Assembly: GCF_001194135.2 (NCBI RefSeq)
Contig: NC_068981.1
Location: forward strand, 56,966,047 to 57,030,046
Source of the DNA: Octopus bimaculoides
Taxonomy: Eukaryota
Reading direction: 5' to 3'
Length of the DNA stretch: 64,000 nt
The notes below the pieces were generated by a model. It ran no database searches and was not told the DNA's origin. It worked only from the letters and a program-made list of their open reading frames with translations. This document shows positions 54,062 through 64,000 of this stretch, piece after piece (position 1 is the first letter of the stretch; each line of letters begins with the position of its first letter). The position numbers and the translations under genes are program-made.

Positions 54062-54421
54062 TGTATAATATGCGAAATATTCAGCAATTACCAGCAAAGT
54101 TTTACCGTAAAAAATCACTTTACATGTTCTTCAAGGAATTTAATATACGCTATCAAATGTCAAGGATGTAATGAAGATTACATAGGTCAAACAAAGCTTA
54201 CTCTAAGAAATATATTAACCATTCACCGACACCAAATACGAGACCCCAGTACTAGACGCATCCCACTTGATGGTCACATAGACATATGTGCAAAAAATAA
54301 GTCTCCCAAATTCCAGGTCTTCCCACTCTACCTATGTTCAGAGAATACCACAGATGAAGCACGGATAAACAAAGAAAATACTTTCATACAAAAGTACAAA
54401 CCATGACTTAACAAACTTTAA
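54062..54421 (+). mobile_element. Penelope-like element GIY-YIG endonuclease
   Basis: One frame, no ATG, so absent from the ORF track: CIICEIF...NHFTCSSRNLIYAIKCQGCNEDYIGQTKLTLRNILTIHRHQIRDP...HIDIC...FQVFPLY...KENTFIQKYKP*LNKL*. Confidence 0.92.
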
Positions 54422-54940
54422 CAGTGTACATACACAAATAACTATTCACACACAAAATTTATTCTGCCACTTATGAGGAAGCTACACAGTTAACGACCTA
54501 AATTTTTATCATTCGACTACATGCAAACGACTCCTGTCCACTTTTCCACCAGACATTAAATTTGGTCCGACTAAAACATGTTCACTCAACCGTATCGGCC
54601 TTCTTCTGAGGCGCAAAATATACTGTCACGTGACACTAACACACGGACGTAGCAGAAAACGTGCAAAAAGTTATGAACCTGAATCATGTGTTCATTCTCT
54701 ACAAACACTTGACAGAAAACATTCAGAGCATTGATTGTTTGAACTTGTTCAGTCAACCGTGTCAGTCTTAATTTACGACACCAAACATTGCCATTTGATA
54801 CTAACACACGGACGTAGCAGGGAACCTACAAAAATTTCTAAGATCAGCCATGTGACTATCCTCGACCAATCAAATCTTATTCAAAACATATACTAATTTG
54901 AGCCATGAACTCCCTATAAAAACGGCAAACTTCAAACACT

Positions 54941-55680
54941 AGTCAGAAGCAAGACAGCTGCGACATAAACCACGTCTTTCTATTTGAACTTTTTGAAAAT
55001 CGGTGTAAACTGTGAAACCGGTTAAGCTTCAAATATTTTAATAGAAAATATTTTATTCTCAGTGCGTTTTCAACTTCTATTTTTCCTATATATATATACA
55101 TATAGTCAATCCAAACAAGAACAAGCAAGAAAAAACAACAACGCGAGGACGTGGTACAAGTACTGTGTTATTGGACGCTCAGGAAAGGAAAGGAAAGAAA
55201 GAGGATTTCACGTTTNNNNNNNNNNNNNNNNNNNNNNNNNNNNNNNNNNNNNNNNNNNNNNNNNNNNNNNNNNNNNNNNNNNNNNNNNNNNNNNNNNNNN
55301 NNNNNNNNNNNNNNNNNNNNNNNNNNNNNNNNNNNNNNNNNNNNNNNNNNNNNNNNNNNNNNNNNNNNNNNNNNNNNNNNNNNNNNNNNNNNNNNNNNNN
55401 NNNNNNNNNNNNNNNNNNNNNNNNNNNNNNNNNNNNNNNNNNNNNNNNNNNNNNNNNNNNNNNNNNNNNNNNNNNNNNNNNNNNNNNNNNNNNNNNNNNN
55501 NNNNNNNNNNNNNNNNNNNNAGTCAGAAGCAAGACAGCTGCGACATAAACCACGTCTTTCTATTTGAACTTTTTGAAAATCGGTGTAAACTGTGAAACCG
55601 GTTAAGCTTCAAATATTTTAATAGAAAATATTTTATTCTCAGTGCGTTTTCAACTTCTATTTTTCCTATATATATATACA
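54941..55680 (+). repeat. Exact 160-bp direct repeat (54941-55100 = 55521-55680) flanking a gap; probable Penelope pLTR end
   Basis: Sequences are identical by inspection. It lies downstream of the GIY-YIG region and ends in (TA)n. Confidence 0.85.
54986..55030 (+). ncRNA. Decayed minimal type I hammerhead (second copy at 55566-55610)
   Basis: gaacttt-TTGAAAA-tcggt-gtaa-actgt-GAAA-ccgg-TT-aagcttc. Stem I pairs 6 of 7 and stem II 4 of 5. ACCGGU is a palindrome. The core is CUGAAGA with two transitions. Confidence 0.5.
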
Positions 55681-57346
55681 GGTGTTTCTTTATAGATGCA
55701 AAACAATGTGGAGAAAATGGTACTCGAATATCAAAAGTAGAGTAAACTATATAGTTCGAGAATATTTAACAGAAGAACCTAGAAGTTTTCTGTTCACGTT
55801 ACAATAACTTTGTCTCGTTGTCTCGTAGTTAACTGGAATAATATGAATAAACTCGATAAATCCAATGAATAAGATGACAACCCTATGTGCAATCGTAAAG
55901 ATCCTAGTATCTGACTTCTTAATGGCAATACTCTGATCCAAGAAGTTGTATGGAGTGCAAGGTCCATGTCGATAATAACCTTACATGTTAAAGTTACACC
56001 GCAGCCAAAAGAAAAATAATATGATTCTTGGCAAGGTTTTACCAGCATAAGCATTTCTTTAAATAACCGAAAATTAGTTCCTTCACAAGTGTATCCAAAT
56101 ATGTATGGTGACTGAAAGAAGCCGAGTCTGCCCTTTCAAAATCTACCGTTCGACCTTGGAAAAGGAAAATCCATACAAAATTCCATGAAATTATGTTTAA
56201 TTGAGAAGTATTTTATCCGATCTTATGACAAATAGATCTTAACCAGTAAATCTGAATTATTGAACTGTTGCAGACATTGGCCACCGAACAATAAATGTAT
56301 ATATCCATTTCTCACTTTCGCATATGTTGCATGTATCATAATGTTTTGTATTTTTGAACTTGCAGCGATTCCTTCCGAACGTCGTATTCGATCTTTATAC
56401 AATTTTATAAGTGTTTTTACTTTACATTCTGCTTTTTATATTATTTTTCATCGACTGGGTTATAGGTTATACACATTATTGTATTATATAATTTTATCAT
56501 ATTACAATTCCTTTTTAAATTATCACTTCCTATTCAAATTGATTTGATAGAAATTTTACACATCCCAAATACTTTGTTTTTTTTCCAGCTCCTTACATAT
56601 TTTGAAATTGAATCTCACCTGTTTTATTTTGGTGAGTCTTCCTGCGTTTGTGTGTCTGTTTTTGTTTTTATGCTTTTCGGCTTCTTCGCACTCTACACGT
56701 AGAATAAAACCTTTAATTCTTAATCTGTCTAAGTTCTATTTCTAATGCATGATTTCTAATCTCTCTTACTCCTCTTATGTACATACATACGTATGTATTT
56801 GTTTCTGAACCCATATTTAATACCAACACTCATCGTAAATAGTAGTCTTTTTTTTAAATTTAGCACCCACCTCTATTGCTTTTTCTTTTTCTTTCTTTTC
56901 TCCTTCTTTTTCTCTTTCTTTCCGCTACATTACATGAACATCAACTCACTCTTCATTATAGCAATATTCAATATTTAATTCTTTTCCGCGATCTTCATTC
57001 GCCCTTATCTTCATTTTATTTTCCGACATTTTTTCTATAACTATTTTTCTCTTCAGTACAGTTAATAAGCTTATTACTATGCATAAATGCAAATTATGTT
57101 ATAGAGTTTTTAAATCGATTTTCATGCTTATAATATTTTCCGTTCAACGGCCAATAGTTTATATGTGAGATTCCAGGAATTTTTTAGATAACCATTTACC
57201 CAATTAGCGACAAATGTTTATCCGATGAGCTACCTCAAAATGACCATGGTGCCATTTCTAAATATTCATAAACCATCGCGCTGTTCCACAAGTTTATTTC
57301 TTTCTAATGATCGGTTACGTGAAACTCTATAACTAAATTTAAAAAG

Positions 57347-57440
57347 GATCTCAGCGTGGCATCTTGGGCAAGAATCATCTACTATACCCTCTGGCCAACT
57401 GAAGCCTTGTGAGTGGACCTGATGGAAGCCCGTCGTATAT
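57347..57440 (+). mobile_element. SINE family B, 3' part
   Basis: gcgtggcatcttgggcaag...gccttgtgagtggacc...gaagcccgtcgtata. Confidence 0.8.
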
Positions 57441-58099
57441 GTGTGTGTGAGCGTGTGTGTGTGTGTGTGTGTGTGCGTGTGTGTGTGTACGTTTGTATGT
57501 ATGTACATATATATATGTGTGCGTGTGTGTGTATGTATGTATGTATGTGTGTTTGTATGCGTGTGTGTATAGACAGATAGCTATGTTTGAATGTATACAT
57601 ATATATATGTGCGTGAATACACATGCATATGTATATATTTTTTTCCGGAGCGATGTAATTGTAGGTACTGGTGTCGGTTATGGATTTTGACTACAAATAA
57701 ATAAATATAAACGCTTTATATATCAGAATTGTCCTTCTGCCATCAGTATTCCGTATTAACACATACATACAAAATACACACGCATATTTATATACATACA
57801 TATACACACACGTATATATATAATAAATCTCTGGGTGAGAAGTAAACAGTAGCAACACGGAATCATGAAGTATATTTGCCACCTAAGTGTGGCGGACCCA
57901 TAGAAGACGATGCTACTGTTGTTTATAGGCCCAGGAAGACAACTCCTCCAGCTGTCTAACGACACACTGTCTGTGTCTGATTAGTATTTGCGAAGGGAAA
58001 TCATCGTTCCCTTCTCTAGCCTTACGTGAAACACACAGACCTGGGTTTCTGGATAGTAACCCGTCATTAGTGTGTGATAATCACCAGCTAGCGATGTAT

Positions 58100-59845
58100 T
58101 TCTCTATTAAGATATTAATATCTGACACAGAAGGAACAAACAACACAGAACAAACAGATAAATGTTACAGTGAGTTCGAATGAAACTTTAAAATTTTGAT
58201 GATTGTATATGATATATCCTGAAATTTTTATGGCCAGTGGGTGGTGATTCACCCAGATAGGCGGAAAGCCCAGCGACTATACCCTTATCTTTCTCCATGG
58301 AGATTAAGCCGGGTCACTTGCACTCACCTTTCTTACCACATCCTTCCATCTTTTCTCGAACACACCTCGCGACAGTCGTCTCCTCTCCAGCCCTTTCTTG
58401 CTCTTCAGATGATATCTGAAATAAGTGAGCAATCCGGGACCAGAGATGCAGGTTCCCGTCATGAGTGTTTACATTCTTGTGTTCCAAACACACTCTCTCA
58501 ACACTGCCACTGTAAGGAGAAAACATGCCTCACCTTCCTTCGAGAGTCCGGTGGGCGGCACAATCTTTATTATAGATCCATCCAGCTGATAGCTGTACTC
58601 TGCCTAGGTGTGACAACACGTGTTCAACGTAAATTATCAAGCCTGAAAGCTCCCGACAGTGTACAAAAGCGTGCTGGACGGTTTCATTGTCCAGCCCGCA
58701 TCTTGGACATGTTGCCACTGCCACTCCGTGCCTGGATAACTTATCGCGAACAGGTAAAGCACTCGTGTAGCACTGCCAGGTCAGGGATTTTTGGTAATTA
58801 TCCAAATACCCCGTCCTGAAAGTCTTTTGGAACAGGTTGGTAAGTTGGTTCTCATCGAACCCCAGAGCCCCTCCTAGGACGTCGTCATTTTTAGCCTCTA
58901 TACAAAACTGAGGTGGCATTCCCACTGCCGGCCTTGCCCGTCTTGTAGATCAGCACGAGTGCCTGTCGACACTCCTTTTGCTATTCTGTCAGATTCCGTC
59001 TTTTAATAAAACCCAGTTTAAACCTCTCTAAGGAGGATGGTCGCAGAATGAATTCATCCGCCGATGAATTCCACAGCTTATCACCTTCCAGGTAGCGCTA
59101 GAGATGTCTCAGCCTCAATGCATGTCTACACATCATAAGCCAGGGCATCTCTAATCCACCCTTTAGCGGTTCCTGGCAGTAGACGGAGCGCCTTACAAGT
59201 GGCATTCCTCTCTTCCACAATAAGCGGAAGAGGAGGCGCTGCAACTTGTTTAGCCACGAGTCGGAGCAAGGGACAACGGTTAGGCGACAGGTGATTACAG
59301 ATGCGACAAACACTTGTACCACCTCTGCCTTTCCTTTCAGGGATAGAGCCCGTCCGGACCAAGTCCGAACTAGAGCTTCCACCCTGTCTGCCATCTCGCT
59401 CCAATTCTTCTCCGTTTGGGAGTCCGGTCCAAACCAAAACCCAAGCAACTTAATAGGACCATCTGTCCAGTGACCTACGACACTGGACGATACGGGCTTC
59501 CTCCTCCAGGTGCCGAGGCGCAAGCCGATGGACTTGTCCTTCTTAACTTTTGCTCCTGCCACCGCCTCGTATCCTTTGATAGCGTCCTCTACACAAGGTA
59601 GCTGAGCTTCATTGAACGCGATGATGGTGACGTCATCCGCATAAGCAGAGACCGACTTACCGCATCCGATTTCATTGGGGATGCGTCCCAAATTCTCCAG
59701 CATCCTCAGTAATTGCTCAAGAGCCAAAACGCACAGAAGCGTGGACAGGGGACACCCTTGACGAACTGAGGGCTTGATCAAAAACGGCTCCGACAGGTAG
59801 CCGTTTATCTGAATGGTGGACTGGATGCCGCTATACATTGCGCTA
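58100..59845 (-). mobile_element. 5'-truncated Tx1/L1-like LINE: RT C-half, zf-RVT, 3' UTR
   Basis: ORF 59098-59838: SVRQGCPLS...SAYADDVT...GPIKLLGFWFG...LSLKGKAEV. ORF 58530-58925: ALPVRDKL...CPRCGLDNETVQHAFVHC. Frameshifted downstream. The 3' boundary is approximate. Confidence 0.93.
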
Positions 59846-59962
59846 TACCTCGCTCAGAGATTTATTATTGCTTGTTTACACTTTTTTGAGATCAGCGATT
59901 TTTCGTCACTGGAAAAAGGATATAAATATTTGCATTGGGAGCCACTTCACATCGACAACCGG

Positions 59963-60019
59963 TGATTGTCACACGCTGATGACGAGTCAATACACAGAAA
60001 CTCGGGTCCGTGTGTATCA
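59963..60019 (+). ncRNA. Type I hammerhead ribozyme motif with intact catalytic core
   Basis: TGAT-tgt-CACACG-CTGATGA-cgagt-caat-acaca-GAAA-ctcggGTC-CGTGTG-t-ATCA. Stem I has 6 perfect bp plus a 4-bp extension. Stem II pairs 3 of 5. ACUCGGGU is self-complementary. The predicted site is GUC at 60008. Confidence 0.75.
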
Positions 60020-60118
60020 TGTCAGGTTTGAGATGGGAAGGATGGCTTCCGCTTTGCAAACACTGATAGGGCACAGAAAGTATGTCAATAGCCATATTTA
60101 AATGGCAAATATACTTCA

Positions 60119-60155
<37 letters not shown>

Positions 60156-60271
60156 NNNNNNNNNNNNNNNNNNNNNNNNNNNNNNNNNNNNNNNNNNNNN
60201 NNNNNNNNNNNNNNNNNNNNNNNNNNNNNNNNNNNNNNNNNNACGATTCTGCGCGCGCGCGTGTGTGTGTG

Positions 60272-60491
60272 TTATTTCTTTACTACCCACAAGGGGTTAC
60301 ACACAAAGGGGACAAACAAGGACAGACAAACGGATTAAGTCGATTATATCGACCCCAGTGCGTAACTGGTACTTATTTAATCGACCCCGAAAGGATGAAA
60401 GGCAAAGTCGACCTCGGCGGAATTTGAACTCAGAACGTAGCGGCAGACGAAATACCGCTAAGCATTTCGCCCGGCGTGCTAACGATTCTGC
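60272..60491 (-). mobile_element. SINE family A (subfamily with ggggacaaacaaggac tail), extreme 5' end missing
   Basis: Near-complete reverse match to family A body. Confidence 0.92.
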
Positions 60492-60624
60492 GCGCGCGCG
60501 TGTGTGTGTGTGTGTGCATAAATACAAAAATGGATAATTATAGACTTATTACATAATACATCATAGTGCATAATATATGTAATATATTATATATATTATT
60601 CTACTTTATTCTTTTATTTTATTT

Positions 60625-60663
60625 GTTTCAGTCATTTGACTGCTGCCATGCTGGAGCACCGTC
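60625..60663 (-). repeat. Short SINE-tail-like fragment
   Basis: tgtttcagtcatttgactgctgccatgctggagcaccgtc. Recognised from memory as a common octopus repeat end. Confidence 0.4.
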
Positions 60664-60953
60664 TTACTCATTTCGTTCATTGAACAACAATATGAGTCAT
60701 CGAAGACACTTGCTCCCATAAGTATTTGGGATTTATGGAAGATCAAAGTTTGTAACAAAAACAGGACAGTGAGACAGACATAGAATAGAGACAGCTGATG
60801 AAGGGATATTCCAAGGGGCTTTCCGTTTTCCTATGTGTTCGTTCCGTTGTCTGTAGTTTATTGTTCTAACGTCCTGTACCCTGATATGCATGTATATACA
60901 CATGTAGATGTAAGTATGTACATATATGTGTGTATACATGTATATATATTCTT

Positions 60954-60986
<33 letters not shown>

Positions 60987-61918
60987 NNNNNNNNNNNNNN
61001 NNNNNNNNNNNNNNNNNNNNNNNNNNNNNNNNNNNNNNNNNNNNNNNNNNNNNNNNNNNNNNNNNNNNNNNNNNNNNNNNNNNNNNNNNNNNNNNNNNNN
61101 NNNNNNNNNNNNNNNNNNNNNNNNNNNNNNNNNNNNNNNNNNNNNNNNNNNNNNNNNNNNNNNNNNNNNNNNNNNNNNNNNNNNNNNNNNNNNNNNNNNN
61201 NNNNNNNNNNNNNNNNNNNNNNNNNNNNNNNNNNNNNNNNNNNNNNNNNNNNNNNNNNNNNNNNNNNNNNNNNNNNNNNNNNNNNNNNNNNNNNNNNNNN
61301 NNNNNNNNNNNNNNNNNNNNNNNNNNNNNNNNNNNNNNNNNNNNNNNNNNNNNNNNNNNNNNNNNNNNNNNNNNNNNNNNNNNNNNNNNNNNNNNNNNNN
61401 NNNNNNNNNNNNNNNNNNNNNNNNNNNNNNNNNNNNNNNNNNNNNNNNNNNNNNNNNNNNNNNNNNNNNNNNNNNNNNNNNNNNNNNNNNNNNNNNNNNN
61501 NNNNNNNNNNNNNNNNNNNNNNNNNNNNNNNNNNNNNNNNNNNNNNNNNNNNNNNNNNNNNNNNNNNNNNNNNNNNNNNNNNNNNNNNNNNNNNNNNNNN
61601 NNNNNNNNNNNNNNNNNNNNNNNNNNNNNNNNNNNNNNNNNNNNNNNNNNNNNNNNNNNNNNNNNNNNNNNNNNNNNNNNNNNNNNNNNNNNNNNNNNNN
61701 NNNNNNNNNNNNNNNNNNNNNNNNNNNNNNNNNNNNNNNNNNNNNNNNNNNNNNNNNNNNNNNNNNNNNNNNNNNNNNNNNNNNNNNNNNNNNNNNNNNN
61801 NNNNNNNNNNNNNNNNNNNNNNNNNNNNNNNNNNNNNNNNNNNNNNNNNNNNNNNNNNNNNNNNNNNNNNNNNNNNNNNNNNNNNNNNNNNNNNNNNNNN
61901 NNNNNNNNNNNNNNNNNN

Positions 61919-61965
<47 letters not shown>

Positions 61966-62437
61966 ACATGCATATAAATACATATTACTACTGTATTATA
62001 TACTCATTACATTCTATAATTTATTACGTAAGATATGTATAATATATTAAATGTATGTATGCACGTATTTATATATATACATACATACATATGTTTTATA
62101 TATAGATTCATGCCTATATACAGAAAATGCATACATACATAAGTACTCACATGCATATATGCATACAAACACATGCCCCCAAAAAACTATGAAACATTCA
62201 TGCACATAATTGTTGATATAGTTGATAATAACTTGTCATTCCACTTCTGTACCAGTTCTGCGTATATTTATCAATAGATGTACTGGGACATACTAGAACT
62301 CCCTAAACTTCAACTAGGAGTTATTTCCGTATTAACACACACACCTGACTTTCAAAATTTTGTAATTCATCGTTCATTTTCATAGAAATTACTCATGCTT
62401 CTTTCTGCATCATTTGTTTGTGTACGTGTGCACCGGC

Positions 62438-62448
<11 letters not shown>

Positions 62449-62511
<63 letters not shown>

Positions 62512-62563
62512 GCACATATATATACACACATATGTATTTATATATATATATGTATGTGTATGT

Positions 62564-62629
<66 letters not shown>

Positions 62630-62640
62630 ATACATATATA
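62449..62640. repeat. (GATA)n and (TA)n microsatellites
   Basis: Directly visible. Confidence 0.97.
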
Positions 62641-63649
62641 AGGATGTACGTATATACATGCTTAAATAAATATGGTTATCTACATAATCGCACTCACACG
62701 TATACACACTCATACACGCGCGCGCTGAGATATATCTATTCATGTCCACGTATATAAATGAAATATACGTAAGTGTATGGTGTGTGTGTGTGTGTGTGTA
62801 TATATACAAACAGACAGACAGGCAAACATATATGTCTACATACATAGAGGCAGACATACATACATACTCATACATGAGTATATATTATATAACGTATGTA
62901 TCTATATCTATGTATATATGTATGTATGTATGTATGTATATATGTATGTATGTATGTATGTATATATACATACATGCATGTATACATACGTACTTACACT
63001 CGCATACAGTCATACACATCCATTATTTTATGCGTATTATTAACTTTGGAACTGTTTTTTTCCTTGTGGTATCTATAAAATACTGAGAAATTACCCTCTG
63101 TGGACCAGCAAGGTTTTACGCCTGACATTTCGGTTAGAACGAAATCACAAAATAAAGTTATATTTTGTAATTGTCTATTTCAACATGAGTGAATGATGTT
63201 TGTAAAAGAAATAACTTTAAACAAAAAAAATAATGTTTATTGTTAGATTTTAATATACGTCTGAAAACGTATGTTGATTTCCTATGTGTTACTGTTGCAT
63301 TAATATACGTTTGTAATGTATACCTATATACGTATGTATGCATGTATGTATGTATATTTGTAGGTAGGTAGATAGGTACGCAGGTATGTAGGTGGGTATA
63401 TAGTTACGTAGGGAGGGAAGGAAGGAGGGAGGGAGTTAAGGAGCGACAGAAGTTTGTGTGTATGTGTATGCATGAATGTATGTTTGTATAGATGGAGGGA
63501 TGGATAGATGGATGGTTGTATGCATGTATGAATGAATGTAATATGTACGTACATATGTGTATATGATGTTTGTATGAATGCTTGTATGGCTGTGTAGATG
63601 TGCCTGTGAGAGACAGTGAATAAGCATGTGGGTGTGCGTGTATGACTAG

Positions 63650-63753
63650 GTAGATAGATTGACAGACAGACGGACAGACTGTCAGACAGACAGACAGACA
63701 GATAGATAAATAGATGGATAGATAAATAGATAGATAGATAGATACATAGATAC

Positions 63754-63790
<37 letters not shown>

Positions 63791-63835
63791 CTGTTGGTGT
63801 GTTGGTATGTGTGTGTGAGTGTGGATGAGTGTGTG

Positions 63836-63886
<51 letters not shown>
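63650..63886. repeat. (GACA)/(GATA)n and (TG)n microsatellites
   Basis: Directly visible. Confidence 0.96.
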
Positions 63887-63887
<1 letters not shown>

Positions 63888-63904
63888 ACAAACATTCTCA
63901 GCTA

Positions 63905-64000
63905 TACAGTTTGGGGTTCAGTCCTGCAGCGTAGCATCTTGGGAAAGCGTTTCATTCTATAGCTTTGGGCCGACCAGAGCCTTGTGAGTAGATTTGGTAC
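63905..64000 (+). mobile_element. SINE family B, runs off the window
   Basis: ggggttcagtcctgcagcgtagcatcttgggaaag...gggccgaccagagccttgtgagtagatttggta. Confidence 0.85.

Noticed and set aside
60795-60820. CTGATGAAGGGATATTCC as a hammerhead half
   Set aside because: No GAAA or cleavage triplet follows.

Overview
AT-rich eukaryotic genomic DNA with 12 N-gaps, most of them flanked by microsatellites, as in a short-read assembly. The repeat content points to an Octopus (cephalopod) genome; this is an inference from SINE and LINE style, not a database hit. No host protein-coding exon could be supported. Most of the supplied ORFs are microsatellite or N-run artefacts. The window is a field of decayed mobile elements: several tRNA-derived SINE families, Tx1/L1-like, R4/Dong-like and RTE LINE fragments, Penelope-like elements (GIY-YIG), a mariner (D,D34D), an internally deleted pogo-like element (HTH plus PHD), a hAT transposase relic and a Helitron helicase tail. 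The most notable result is a set of type I hammerhead-ribozyme motifs in four unrelated repeat contexts. Two have intact cores (59963-60019 +, 6271-6354 -). Others are damaged (24905-24998 -, 54986-55030 and its copy 55566-55610 +, 5918-5961 +). Two of these contexts lie downstream of Penelope-type endonuclease sequence, and in every case the element ends in a (TA)n run about 50-115 nt past the predicted cleavage site. All structures were paired by eye and are untested.
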